Origin: a virus
IMG/VR virus record: IMGVR_UViG_3300029787_000002
Coordinates: 108,908-172,907 of that record
DNA length: 64,000 bases
Reading direction: 5' to 3' (one strand)
Positions 58,101-64,000 of this stretch are shown piece after piece; within the stretch, counting starts at the first letter, position 1, and each line of letters opens with the position of its first letter. A program made the translations under genes and the position numbers. Below the pieces are notes generated by a model, which saw only the letters and a program-made list of their open reading frames with translations, was not told where the DNA came from and ran no database searches.

Positions 58101-59937
58101 TAGAATTGATGGTGATATCACTGATGGTCCTTTCACTATGAATGAAGTTGTTGCCAAGCAAGGTGCACCTTCGATCACGGGTGTTGTTTACGGGTTCCAT
58201 GAGGATGCTAACTTCAAGTATCTTGATGTTAAGATTACAGCAGGTCCTTGGGCAATTACAGATAACGTTGTTGGTGCAACTAACTCTACAACTGCTCAAA
58301 TCAGTGCTATTGAAACTCGTGTTCATATCATTAATCTGAAGGGTGACTTTGTTGCTGACATTCCATTCAAAGGTTATACCTCTGGTGCTACTGCACAACC
58401 TACTTCATTCTTGAAGACAGAAGCAGCAATTACTGATAATACTGGTGGTAAGTTGACTGTTGATACTGCATCTCTCTTAGGTAACTTTGAGACAACTGCA
58501 GTTGTTTATCCTTCATCTTCCAGACAGTATATTACGGTTTCTAAGTACGCAGGTCTGGACATCGGTGTTGGTGACAGAATCGCATCTGTCGGATACAAGA
58601 GATTTGGTATTAATATTATCAGTGGACTTAATAACTTCACTGTTGGTAACAGACTTTATAAGGTTGTATCTGGTGTTCAAGATTCTGCCACATACGGTAT
58701 CATTACTGATGTAGACATTGCAAATAACTACGTCTACATGGTTGAGTATCAAGGAACATTTACTCAGGGTGATCAGATTGGTGATTACGGGTTAGCAGCA
58801 ACATTCCCCGTGGGATATGCTTCTATCGCAACTATCGTTACAACTGCAGGTGCAGGTGCTGCTCTCGTACAGGATGTACGTCCAGACGGTGTTAACAAGC
58901 GTCTGTATCTAAGTGATGTCGCAGGAACATTCGGTGTTAGAGATGCTATCAAGGGACCTGATTCATATGGTTCTGTCATCGTCACTCAAGTTGATCTTAA
59001 GGCAAGAGTCAAGAGATCCTTCAAGGGATTTGATGGTACACAGACTACATTCAATCTGTCACAGAACAATGGTACCTCATACCTCCCAGATCCTGCAGGA
59101 CATCTCCTAGTCTTCGTTAATGGTATCTTACAACCCCCAGGTGCTACAAACGCATACACAGCGTTCTCTAACCAGATTCAGTTTACTGAAGCACCTGATC
59201 TTGGAGCATCCTTCACTGGATTCTACATTGGTAAACTTAGACAGTTGGATGACATCTCATTCGAGTTTGACTCATTGAGACAGTCCTTCAACCTTAAGCG
59301 TAATGACGTGTTCTACTCCTTGACACTGACTGATGGTGTTCAGTCTAGTGTGATCAGACCTGAGAACAACATCATCTGTTCGCTCAACGGTGTGATCCAA
59401 GAACCTGGAGTTGGTTTTGAGATTGTTGGTTCTAGAATCATCTTCTCTGAGATTCCTAGATTCGGATCTACTTTCGTCGCATTCTCTTACGTTGGTTCTG
59501 AGGCAGACGTTGATGCTGCTGAAGTTGTACCACCGATTGAACCTGGTGACTTTATTGACATTCAGGGTGAGACTTCAGATAGAGAAGTTGCTGTTATTGA
59601 ATCATCAAACTCTCTAATCACATTTGATTATCTTGGATCTGTATTCGGTCAGAACGCATCTGCAACTGCGCTCTTGACATCTGGATTCATTGACACAGTT
59701 CAAGTCACTGGTGGAGGTTCTGGATATACTTCTAGACCTACCGTAAGAATCGACTCCATCTCTGGATTCGAGGGAAACATTCGTGCCTTGGTTGGTGTTG
59801 CAGGTGTTGAACTCAGTGCAACTGGTTCTGGATATCAAAATCCAGGCATCAGCGTTGACACTGTTGTTCCTGATGATTATGTTGCTCCTGACCTTTCAAC
59901 TTACGGTGAAGAGTTAGTAGACCCCGAAACCCCATAA
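40117..59937 (+). CDS. gp7: Giant (6606 aa) baseplate wedge initiator gp7-like virion protein
   Basis: Follows gp6; QSPDFI..EYPLF.KFLEYYY, IKDFYSSKGT..SI..LFKLLYGE, KIQDSYYYQDFSYAVKS...HPA.FK; YHYH-like, LamG-like, propeller and GxGY modules. Confidence 0.8.
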   Translation: MNINKVSQSIESQSPDFIGSEYPLFNKFLEYYYKSQEKTGLGQNILNNFLQYLDIDKLDIGILDGATTLVEAITDSSDKIVVESINPFLETNGSILVGDEVIYYEGVDKSPEISLSPGISYEQVKLKWTTLASLINSFDGTTTAFAITSQDSPIAPPSAQHLVVSLYGNILVPNIDYTVSGSNIVFTTAPRTKIPADDAGSTYIFYLSGFVENTIYGLDNLSGAFGDGKKQFSLTRNGVKYEPEVEEYLNVIYDNRLLVPKVDYFIDEDQFVFKVAPLNGRFLSIHAIEAPIPSFGSGAVGFSRINDNGLLTSVSSSAIGTGYRFEYPPQVSIDSEQGSGAAATALVNGLKSITLLEGGRGYSTTNPPVVQVQSPTKTGSSQATISATVTDGSVTALSITNSGSGYTFTPRITFVQPGGAKLGTPVITNEQVTSIPVTDGGFGYTTAPTVYIDESTGSNPIKAALRANLTEGKVTSISILNAGQGYTTVPRVAIVDPVGAQVLQTVVDGDGRVIRIELLNGGGGYDDVPSVYIVDNRTNGGTGATAVASIFNGRITDLNITNFGSGYSAANPPEIVIQAPPQAKASVEIGLNEVTGFVVTESGKGYNKAAFTGCARAASGITKYTETGNAVFSNNTTAASAAVGSSVKCLDALFVKRLLDKYTEQFLPDVPELDYSKIDVRTSIKTIKDFYSSKGTSFSIAYLFKLLYGETVTVTYPKDQIIKPSAATWSIDTILRATLVSGNAENIRDGLLTQEADIADPNVTAASALVENYISIKTSDVEIFELVLSEETIVGTFTVPYKTKLAEPLNQTDSIITVDSTIGWPERNGEFVIGGGTTTELVQYKEKSLNQFIECTRSANGIVEDWDSATQVASNFTVYVNRGTTQEVVLNVVGIVDAQQTVLTDTGSYYLPGDKLAVSKLGGTSIDPHLTTWLYNVKKLINVSTVVFGGVNNRFATITCSNNHGLLVGDQVTVYGANPIIYNGTFLVTSRDSATVFQYQLPQPATVVPQGNILVSVDLNKGKSTSTAVLNAIGPYTTNVQNSFFNTNYAYLASTGIPNYNIGPFPGSALLPGNQRKLNRFPITSTTISTKNTVSPGPIGTWVNGVSIWSYKSTLKKTFGAVTSVAITNAGKEYDAASPPVLTISGGGGTGATAAVVVNGSVNEITVSTGGSGFTSSPLVSIVGGGGSGASATAIITKGVVSRILINSGGSGYTSQPSITVVGGGGTGAAATASVRGPIQSVSVGSGGSSYTSTPTVSLSSGSGAVAQAIVQNGRIISIAIISAGSGYTTAPEITIQGEGFGAVARASIDTDGENAGRVTSISIINRGIGYLQGTTIINLNSVGSEATFTANVFEWTYNLQSTTTFDTAKGSVFEGFNNQYGGEYAHLSNPQTLRYILGDNLFENASGVIKEQEDGLLHSPIIGWAFDGNPIYGPYGYSDPTDQSSAIQKLNTSYRLKTNLVYNVDSNPNPVRTAGPLLSAEAAGKFVEDYEYVFGLGALDQYNGRFCKTPEYPEGRYSYFVTIDATDDGNPLFPYVMGPSFNSVVDSWNLNASAQQQNIPTGVVRYRDPYENVDIDVERAPNASTNALTLENGDVLLFDIEDEDRSGVIEADETADPDQVFEESPLQLFDYFPKVKFDSKVDIEVETTTKFEDASVTGFTVENPGISYQVNDRLIFDNTDTDGSGVSARISRIKGEAVEAYTFENVSGNNFGVLTTVNPHNLQAGDSVFIDYTPVMDSTNKTFVVRQFKGIEEIVVNQTGSGYNTDIPPTIIIDGNGTGGRLEAVVTSVGSIENVNIINSGYGYTSNPRVILSHPQVFKKADYYVAKFTNRNYVRISDVYINDSKETYICGKTYDAASNDVAFIAKLSATGVKEWEASLELPGGQQDSEFLKLYVDGKSIWVVGQNSPNSVILSSYNPDVILCKYTEAANGLSAALTFQKGYAGISGSTRGDFITAIKKYSDTRFIIGGYTNTNSGAPYDAFIASIDTSGNFAIKRKIASSNKSEKITDIVIDGTDVYASLELAATQSNADIDTGVAKIAFGVNTISVTWIKQFANSLYSIMDTSLAIDEFKELYVTGGLRLKSDDTTRDSFWVGKIDANGTFIWNYRYLAPTGGSITVTPSSAIDIFGDLNIAFTSTNNTNTLPTVDTVKIGYDGKIKNHTTNQFTQNNTEGITAYSVDVDNSGDINIVGQTQWNRNEFIFPFTAGSNADTTTHYTLTSTSTNNSITYANDVAKIHGYATGATTWTQGNLQITSAQLGARLNSDFTVEMMIYKDTNTSSLTGGSITQHTLLAIGDAEEATGGLWLYYDVSSGYLELVVTNATTKLNSASGAGQSSLNNMFADNTWQFIGLKKEGNVFTVYVNGIQAIQSTVPSTALGSKHLYVGQIPGRSGSAGNFRINEQGQFHVDNFRLRNRAITPTVPSDVSAFPTAGGFGLQYTWTDTAWFTTNLNRYDFIDYDGFSLKIDKNADAARIGTVSTQTNTQLGFTRTAVTPVTGSTLTMQNTGYALSEAGFQSLDFDDATINMTPATETLTYTQDVWSSRTATVPSPGSQKLNVSAVVKDRYFFKVTPTTKIDNIQELTINQSFRFTVGSKLRLNNAAGTFVNSGYIVRVDDANNKVYLAVNNNTWTDDTATGNLVTEQFSEQSTYGIVGPIPNDINVIEGYTFPLVNNTTPGTFDIDLDKYNLDGTYNAAGSQNLDSFAKFKPFATIDYSVRIDEVGGSSPFIVGSVVQLTSSDISFNAAYSTTQITNLTGVTKITLVANLDKILQVSSVANSDEVYVITSTSHYLSAGDVLYVDGNPSQTVGSVVYDEYDGAFPVDRVISPLEFTYKLNQAAVTSPATTAGNVNIFMKSPTLKMYYGHQYIFDLSHSSLLGGNLSFAKDSLYKLEYSFNSIERVGTPGVTGAGSPTPSVKLKVDPTIVTNISYYFDPSRTGSDSPVVPGSYLDVVDSPYKGNFVISSVAGQTITRGADIIKFPLLNEPEGAADINQASYATSSLRAVGSINAVRIVNPGGFYTRLPVVTGIQSTRQIERIQINDPGTEYAVGQYTSVPIAGDGEGGFVTINVADGQDANGVTIPGQIQLVTVTSPGKGYTTASIDIESVSGILGSGLTGSGAEVVVVIPPFGSGASIFTQGSSVGKIKKLKNNNFGYDYPHDYTLRPEITFPINAQLTSTSILDSITVTDPGTGYSQAPAVVITGGGGSGAIAEATTKNGRLDTIIVKDPGAGYSSTPTVSLRSSFNYVVNLDLGLLQFAFPHGITNGSAVTLNVVDTGDGVAYPLSAGATGRLNGTTTYYAIAGSANSLENDQLKLAITSANASLGDALAYVNAGTGRQQVLTESFGGAATANVITSTFLEGELVYQGESLSTSTATGYVSTNAGWQVGPRVLKIVDYTGEFSTGQRITGVISKSSGIMTDIKVAKGVLEIGSVTKTTGQFIDDVGKPSEIIQKIQDSYYYQDFSYAVKSAVSIGEWKEILIKNVHPASFKVFGELDLNDYGFIPNKETFFQLTKSVELARDAIVPNIQNFALVEPVYSEFNNTEVLFRQKRLTSSENILTSVVQRLDDISTQFDGQKISFPLTVDGNNVVANANQLMIVLNGVVQTPGTAFEIQGDSVVFAEPPQPPASVKYVNVSINQIATVALTFNNISGIFPTAGMTVVGTSSQARLTVTTVVGNTINGFITQGTYTIGELVTVGATGFAANVATVTSISNIGLFVFGENITNLTGDTAKVEQINLASGAETPLAQLRYTIGAATTSIEMVAYKTDNTGTDYPVTPGVFVAATNYQLGSEIFRVDSVTQNNDSTTLVITRGQNGTTPVSHQEDAPSYSTDISITNALTLSKIAGTYQSTPGLFDIQLNDVIIGAQSGVVARVTQTSTYQDPTTQEFIGQVNISEGSSFFGLLFNRITSQTYPNVVLDDISKSQIGIVDFTDNSTAFDSSFPANEQINNYVIPYDNLTGTFQENEYIRNYKIEYGNNQGEFLPTESAKIRKLTFTDRIGSGFFQAGQIIRSRDTKAEVIGANSARSTIFLGKVGRSQRGGLDYNIPTWEGEAQIDTSTKKFGTASLLLGRANHTHTFVSGVANAIQASNGATSTHTAVAGTTYDPEAGTLVINIGTHSLTTSNKVTIADGGLTFTCTADSNTTNHPYPRSTDPASGQALTISAVTSTTITVDVGVAQVSLDYLSVDSSSDFAWGTAGYTIELYIKAAASSISGIHSILDFRTASTDAAGHLYLNAGQVRYNVSNSDIVTSGATTIAQDTWTHIAVQRTSTTVKIFINGAEAGTGTDSTNYAAKPFVLGASYALGNAFYGHIDELRLSATTRYSTIPFTPVNGIFQGDTNTKILWHFDGADKQVFLEDWSGTQDFTINEYINNDAIRATARLIGGVHKFVSASSNAVSVTGSSSFTPTAVDYDAITGSMEINIGSHSYTTSDTITIAANSLTFTCSKDNHATQHTYPRLTDPSYGATLTITAVTGTTITVNVGVASRGFNKKTHRYINASDNLILNKDFIAQEAVYIMKARYPFFTVLGGEVNCEDDVKDIVSAMIEDFRNGSNSHIWDAAALYVNRTTNPITLLHVSDDLKESLYVLETVGKLLKYVITNTPWDVQGDHGFTQKFDTTITESDYLSQSVTQFTPTGATYNPATGDMVITSSSHNLVSDTTITASNATYDATTGVLVITSNGHNLENGDSIQLADNSLTFTCTMDGNATNHTYPRPNDPAAQGWLEVSNKTTNTFEVNVGKSPIVNYQPTTGTTYDPATGLLKMFIGDHNLAVGTNIKLTTDSLSFTCTTDGNTSVKTYPRASGTGANSGTPDPAYNTSIAIVADGVSSTATGASYNTSSGVLVITQNAHGFVVGDKIRIVDNSLSFTCTKDGNHETKTYPRSTDPFSGRWLRISAKTDNTFTVNVGSSSAADQYVHTFVSAAANGIIKRDNSITVNVGTSSDTTAHTFVSATSNAVVTGGSYTHSFVSATTNGITKAGDAVFLADGAISFTCSKDGNQKITAYPRSTDPASKQVLKISAHTTNTFTVNVGPSSADDQYTHTFSSAVTNGITKSEYSLTDCADVITTADNLLDIITDTLTYASAASPVDYLATVTKSLPAYEFVGGTVNSFSEIPFVVDYHNGTTDQIYTNQIDEDARGRFRDAANLIRANRKVIVDKAAFDMLTRYPDLALSMPRNANGTSTDGTLRCKTDLGLILDGLADDVYDGGNLETITAANFYIGNSGELQHIRLQVWQSVYAHERLGFYAKQAVTGDLDYTNTDGIIVGDWGITNDAGGCANVKTAIDNLVTTINDIIAPTGADFEVAADRLYFNRNFIAEEITGLITTEFTYLLNGVQYQAFTYPDGALGESKCQRDLKLIIESAISDLQTGGNNSIIDAIAKYLTAALTLNIVDGVEQELLATVYGIEQLSSLGEKAIDNLLYANGEDTGGTAGAYSALHTDDAAVRDSLSLSSAITVKNRWKELIELAINILAPAKQIGRSAAKHILYNRNYFLQEIQTQTLAQFGAGSWTYNDFVNTTVNDIVHDLITTDTKKKTTAYNITIQSVSSTAFQVGEVVRSNIGGYATVLEYDSDTNFFVVGPFTGTAWVATNTLTGKTSGATATISSGGVGSSYDWYTEVANVRTLASARLITSNISGQIAGTNLWTNPEAYGINWTPTTNVTITDNQGLAPDDTQTAEDVTPNSGQNGQHEINRDYNLTAFETFDSGTVTFDTTNESFDTGSPGTSATQQFTFSGFVKESGSQSIRFQLQLDPGGAGEQNAFFDLNLTNGTTGTVFTPQGGITADAFGAIPLGNGWYRCYITCTFSFGFNTLRSKFIIKSGSGATVWTGDASTGILVWGAKLTKGALDPYQAQSGKTFFSDTEFNTKNYILELLQQYMIATLDNSLTSPSTSAGFYSFYSSTDAANYTKASVSAMLRTNLRIITNQLSNDTSYIGITTYNGIAIPTKAYGNAVVPVGVNGGLNPADFVYGLLSNAYCEVESVTLNEGLVAQVYSRFRIDGDITDGPFTMNEVVAKQGAPSITGVVYGFHEDANFKYLDVKITAGPWAITDNVVGATNSTTAQISAIETRVHIINLKGDFVADIPFKGYTSGATAQPTSFLKTEAAITDNTGGKLTVDTASLLGNFETTAVVYPSSSRQYITVSKYAGLDIGVGDRIASVGYKRFGINIISGLNNFTVGNRLYKVVSGVQDSATYGIITDVDIANNYVYMVEYQGTFTQGDQIGDYGLAATFPVGYASIATIVTTAGAGAALVQDVRPDGVNKRLYLSDVAGTFGVRDAIKGPDSYGSVIVTQVDLKARVKRSFKGFDGTQTTFNLSQNNGTSYLPDPAGHLLVFVNGILQPPGATNAYTAFSNQIQFTEAPDLGASFTGFYIGKLRQLDDISFEFDSLRQSFNLKRNDVFYSLTLTDGVQSSVIRPENNIICSLNGVIQEPGVGFEIVGSRIIFSEIPRFGSTFVAFSYVGSEADVDAAEVVPPIEPGDFIDIQGETSDREVAVIESSNSLITFDYLGSVFGQNASATALLTSGFIDTVQVTGGGSGYTSRPTVRIDSISGFEGNIRALVGVAGVELSATGSGYQNPGISVDTVVPDDYVAPDLSTYGEELVDPETP
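52324..55275 (+). repeat. Six copies of an ~85-100-aa module (Y...TG...H....I...SL.FTC..D.N...YPR..DP...T.TVNVG) in gp7
   Basis: Protein-level repeats with partial DNA identity (e.g. ACTTATCCTCGT, CTTTACTTGT). Confidence 0.8.
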
Positions 59938-59940
59938 ATA
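59933..59940 (+). promoter_or_regulatory. Late promoter (CATAAATA)
   Basis: Overlaps gp7 stop, about 20 nt before next ATG. Confidence 0.7.
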
Positions 59941-59960
59941 ACTAAAAATCGTAGCGAGTA

Positions 59961-61205
59961 ATGGCTAAGCAAACTCTTGGTCTTGGCACATCGGCAAATG
60001 ACAACACAGGGGATACCCTGCGAGTCGGTGGCGATAAAGTCAATGACAACTTCAATGAAATCTATGCAGCGTTAGGTAATGGTACGACACTTACTGTCGA
60101 TACCACTAACCCTGCTGTAGGACAAGTATTAAGATATAACGGTGCCACATTTTTGCCATCGGATTACACCAACCTGACTGCAGCGTTGGATGTAAATGGT
60201 AATAGTATCATCTCCTCTTCAAACGGTAATATCCCAATCGCTACGAACGGAACTGGCGATATTACTCTTGCTGCAGGTGGTATTACTTCTACTTTCGATG
60301 GTGCTACTGGCACGGTTGATTTCCCAACTTCAATTTCTTATAAGAACGAATATAACGCATTAGGTAGTGCTCCCGCTGCAGCAACCTATACTGGTTATTA
60401 TTTCACGGTTAATGGTGATGATAACCCATATGTAAACATTAATATTACTGCAGGTGGTGTTGGAGATACAAGAGCAAAGTTACTTACTGAATATTCTAGT
60501 GTTAACTTATTAACCGATATTGATACAACCACCACACCTCCTACTAATGGTCAGGTTCTTAAGTGGAATACTGCTAATTCTAAATGGTTACCTGGAGATG
60601 ACTCTGCAGGTATTGGTAGTATTAACGTGTTCGCTTCTGTTGCAGGTGATACAGGATCAACAACAGCAAATAGTCAAACAGATACATTAACTATTGCAGG
60701 TGGTAGTAACATTACTACTGCAGTCGTCGGAGACACTGTAACAGTGAACTTCTCTGGAACTTTAACAACAACACTTGCTGCTCTGACTGATACTAATACA
60801 TCAGGTCTAACTCAAGGTGATATGTTGTACTGGTCTGGATCTGAATGGATTCCAACTCCTACATCTGGTCCTATTATCTGGTATGAGGTGGGTGCACCAG
60901 TTGAGAACTCAAGTACTGACTTCCTAATCAACGGACCTGGACTTCCTGCAGGAGAAAACCGTGACCCAACGCTATATCTGCATAGAGGATTTACTTATGC
61001 ATTTGATAATAGCGTTGAAGGTGGAGGACACCCATTTAGGATTCAATCCACACAGGGTTTATCAGGAACACCATATACAACAGGACAGACTGGTAGTATA
61101 ACTGCAGTATTATATTGGACAGTACCATTTGATGCTCCATCAACTCTTTATTATCAGTGTACACTCCATGCTGCAATGCAAGGAACCATTAACATCGTAT
61201 CATAA
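59961..61205 (+). CDS. Baseplate/fibre protein with T4 gp9/gp10-like N-terminus and C-terminal cupredoxin-like domain
   Basis: MAKQTLGLGTSANDNTGDTLRVGGDKVNDNFNEIY; GHPF...LYYQCTLHAAM. Confidence 0.8.
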   Translation: MAKQTLGLGTSANDNTGDTLRVGGDKVNDNFNEIYAALGNGTTLTVDTTNPAVGQVLRYNGATFLPSDYTNLTAALDVNGNSIISSSNGNIPIATNGTGDITLAAGGITSTFDGATGTVDFPTSISYKNEYNALGSAPAAATYTGYYFTVNGDDNPYVNINITAGGVGDTRAKLLTEYSSVNLLTDIDTTTTPPTNGQVLKWNTANSKWLPGDDSAGIGSINVFASVAGDTGSTTANSQTDTLTIAGGSNITTAVVGDTVTVNFSGTLTTTLAALTDTNTSGLTQGDMLYWSGSEWIPTPTSGPIIWYEVGAPVENSSTDFLINGPGLPAGENRDPTLYLHRGFTYAFDNSVEGGGHPFRIQSTQGLSGTPYTTGQTGSITAVLYWTVPFDAPSTLYYQCTLHAAMQGTINIVS

Positions 61206-61208
61206 TAA

Positions 61209-64000
61209 ATGGCAAGAACTGTCCCAGGAACAGGTGCATCGATCGAACCTATCTTTGATGAGGTGTTCGGTGTTCGTGCTGTAAAAGTTTTAAACGGAGG
61301 ATCAGGTTATGATCCTGCGGATCCCCCTCGCCTAACAATTACAGGTTGTGGTACACCAACTGTAGCAGCATTATTATATCCGATCATCGGTTCTGGTGGA
61401 CAAATTATTCATGTCAGAGTTTTAGAAAGAGGAAGTGGATATGATCCTTTACGTTTGCAGATCATTCCAGAACAAGAAACACCAAACGTAGTAGATTCAT
61501 TTGATTTCAATAGAATATGGCAACGTCATCCTAACTCATTAACACAGGGAACTTTTGCATTAACTGGTACTACAAAAACTGATAGATTAACTATCGTATC
61601 AGATAATCATCCAAAACCTTCACAGGTTTATGTAAATGAAAGACAACCTGGAGGTTCTACTGATGTTGTAGATAGAAACTTTAATCAACAGTTTGTATTT
61701 CGTGGTGGTAAAGACGTTCCAAATCCAGGAACTAGAGAATTTCAAGAAAATAAAGCAGTTGGTATATTAGCAAATGGTGGTCTATTACATACTGCCGATT
61801 GGGGTGTAGCAGGTAATGCATTTACAAACTTCCCCATTGATGTAATTAAATATGATTATGTAAAAAATACTACTGCATATGATACTATCAATGATAGTGG
61901 AGTTCATTATTACCATACCAGTAAAACTGTAGATGAGTTTAAAATTGGAAAAGGTGTATTTGAATGGGGTTTATTAAGAGTATTCATTTGGAATGTTAAG
62001 GTAGAATTTGATAATGTAATGCTACCTATAGATCAGATTGATGAGACTCTTGGTTCTATTGAAGTTGGTAGAATTGTTGATGATATTGCGGGAACTGGGC
62101 GTGGAGAGATTGCAAAGATTGTTAGAAATAATTTAGGAGTTATAACAAGAATTTATCTAAGACTTCTTACTGGTGATAGTTTTGCTAATGGTGATCTTTG
62201 CCTAGGTTCTAACGGGTTTAAGTTTAGAGTATCTGCAGATCCTATTACTTTCACCAATGGTCTGTTTTATATTGACTTTGGTACTCATGCAAGTGAGTTT
62301 GGTGCTTTTACATCAGGTCAGTACTACCTTGCTCCAGAAGATATTAAAGTTCATCAGAATAATCTGATTATATGGAATCAGTCAGATAGTTCAAATAGTC
62401 AAGGTAATGCACCACATTCTATGCAGTTCTCTACAACTGCAGATGGAACTTTAAATGGTGGTACATTATATTACACAAGCACAGGATCATCAGGAAACGT
62501 TGTTGCAGATTACGAAAATAGCTTGCAACCATGGTTCATCATGAATGGTGATGAGACGCAGAAAATATATTACTATTGTGCTAATCACAGATATATGTCT
62601 GGGTATGCAGGTGACGAAGGTTATATACAACTTGATACTGCAGTACAAACTGGGACAGCAGGAGTTACTCCCAACACATATTATATCAACGGTTATTATG
62701 GAAGTGGAGCAACGTTAGATTACTCAAGATATGCAGATGGTCACTCTAGAATCCTTGGTATGTCCTTTGATGGATACCCGATCTATGGACCATGGGGATA
62801 TAATTCTTCTGGTGCAGTAGCAAGGGAAACTTCTAGTTTCCGTTTAAGGAATACAGCAGAACTTCAAGGTGCTAGACCTATTGTAAACACTGCAAGCACT
62901 GTGACTTATGCAGTTACTGTTGCTAACGGTGAGTTTGCATTTGATGGATCATCACCAGAATTTCTGAATCTGTATAGAGGAAAAACTTACATTTTTAATC
63001 AAGATGACTCGACAAATGACGACTCAAACCATATCCTATTCTCTACTCAGACGGATGGTTGGCACAGTAGCAATCCTGCTGTTATTGGTGATACTTCAGT
63101 TCTCTATTCTGGCAATGGTATCTCGTACTGGATTAATGGAGCGAGCGTTACATACGCACAATACCTCAGTGGTTTCAACCTTGCTACTACTAGAGAGATA
63201 CGATTTACAGTTCCAGTAGATGCACCTACAGTATTATACTTATTTGGTTACCTCAGATCTGGATATGGAGTCAGACTAGTTAACGATGGTTATATTTTAG
63301 GAGATCTTACATCAGATTATATTTACGATTCTAGTGTAGGAACCTTAGATGCATACAATGGTAAGTTTGGAGTAACGCCAGAGTATCCTAATGGAACTTA
63401 TGCTTACTTCATGACTGAAGATGGTAGTGGTAATCCTGTGTATCCATATGCTATCGGTCCACAGTATTATGGTGCTCCTATATTTGAAGGTGATACCGTT
63501 CCTGCACAACCATCAGTATTCCCATCAATAGCAAGTGGTGATGTTGTACTTGCAAGCAACGGTTCTGTTGCTTATGTCAAGATGACTAGAAAAGGTGATA
63601 ACTTCTTTGGTCCTGCTAAAGCAAAAATTCTTGGTGGTGAAGGATCTGGTGCAGTAGGTACTCCTACTGTTCAAACTGTTACTGGTCTATCTCTACTCAA
63701 TCAAGGTAGAAGTTATGCATCTCCTCCAACGCTCATCTTTGAAGGTGGTGGTGGACAAGGTGCACAAGGTGCTGCTGCGATTGATACCTTAGGTAAAGTT
63801 ACAGGTGTCAATATTGTTGATCCAGGTGAGTTCTATCAAGAAGAACCTTATGTTCTCATTTCTGGTGGTGGAGGTATTGGTGCAAAAGCAGAGGCAACTA
63901 TATCACAGGGTGCTATTACAGGTATTAATATTACCGACCCAGGTGAAGGATATACTTCTGTACCAAATATTATCTTCACTAAACTTGTAAATCTTAAACG
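61209..64000 (+). CDS. Large virion structural protein with YHYH-like and cupredoxin-like modules (3' truncated; absent from ORF track)
   Basis: MARTVPGTGASIEP...; HSRILGMSFDGYPIYGPWGY, LDAYNGKFGVTPEYPNGTYAYF; frame spot-checked and consistent up to the window end. Confidence 0.85.
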   Translation, partial: MARTVPGTGASIEPIFDEVFGVRAVKVLNGGSGYDPADPPRLTITGCGTPTVAALLYPIIGSGGQIIHVRVLERGSGYDPLRLQIIPEQETPNVVDSFDFNRIWQRHPNSLTQGTFALTGTTKTDRLTIVSDNHPKPSQVYVNERQPGGSTDVVDRNFNQQFVFRGGKDVPNPGTREFQENKAVGILANGGLLHTADWGVAGNAFTNFPIDVIKYDYVKNTTAYDTINDSGVHYYHTSKTVDEFKIGKGVFEWGLLRVFIWNVKVEFDNVMLPIDQIDETLGSIEVGRIVDDIAGTGRGEIAKIVRNNLGVITRIYLRLLTGDSFANGDLCLGSNGFKFRVSADPITFTNGLFYIDFGTHASEFGAFTSGQYYLAPEDIKVHQNNLIIWNQSDSSNSQGNAPHSMQFSTTADGTLNGGTLYYTSTGSSGNVVADYENSLQPWFIMNGDETQKIYYYCANHRYMSGYAGDEGYIQLDTAVQTGTAGVTPNTYYINGYYGSGATLDYSRYADGHSRILGMSFDGYPIYGPWGYNSSGAVARETSSFRLRNTAELQGARPIVNTASTVTYAVTVANGEFAFDGSSPEFLNLYRGKTYIFNQDDSTNDDSNHILFSTQTDGWHSSNPAVIGDTSVLYSGNGISYWINGASVTYAQYLSGFNLATTREIRFTVPVDAPTVLYLFGYLRSGYGVRLVNDGYILGDLTSDYIYDSSVGTLDAYNGKFGVTPEYPNGTYAYFMTEDGSGNPVYPYAIGPQYYGAPIFEGDTVPAQPSVFPSIASGDVVLASNGSVAYVKMTRKGDNFFGPAKAKILGGEGSGAVGTPTVQTVTGLSLLNQGRSYASPPTLIFEGGGGQGAQGAAAIDTLGKVTGVNIVDPGEFYQEEPYVLISGGGGIGAKAEATISQGAITGINITDPGEGYTSVPNIIFTKLVNLK

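Noticed and set aside
596-59838. Numerous short minus-strand and off-frame ORFs in the track
   Set aside because: Shadow frames of long + strand genes with biased codon usage; no RBS or promoter support
40117-59937. Intein or intron explaining the size of the 6606-aa ORF
   Set aside because: No intein splice or LAGLIDADG motifs recognised; length is explained by repeated structural modules

Overview
64-kb segment of a T4-like marine cyanomyovirus (Kyanoviridae-type; cpeT, gp5, PAAR, gp25, gp6, giant gp7-like protein). Essentially all genes are on the + strand. Layout: (1) 1-5.5 kb: cpeT end, gp5, small ORFs and tRNA-Leu(UAA). (2) 5.6-23 kb: late virion/tail-fibre island whose fibre-like proteins share a PxGTxxQR-containing N-terminal module, interleaved with 2OG-Fe(II) oxygenases and a U32-family/methyltransferase fusion. 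(3) 23-34 kb: early/middle region of about 45 small ORFs and an SF2 helicase, organised by nine copies of a 22-bp imperfect palindrome (GTGMC-N12-GKCAC) lying 29-31 nt upstream of a -10 box. Every copy sits at the 3' end of the preceding ORF, and two copies are followed by structured non-coding RNA candidates. A candidate origin region lies at 32.5-33.7 kb. (4) 34-64 kb: baseplate genes, including a 6606-aa protein with nested domain insertions and two virion proteins with amicyanin-type Cys-x2-His-x2-Met motifs. All family assignments come from motif recognition by eye, not database searches.
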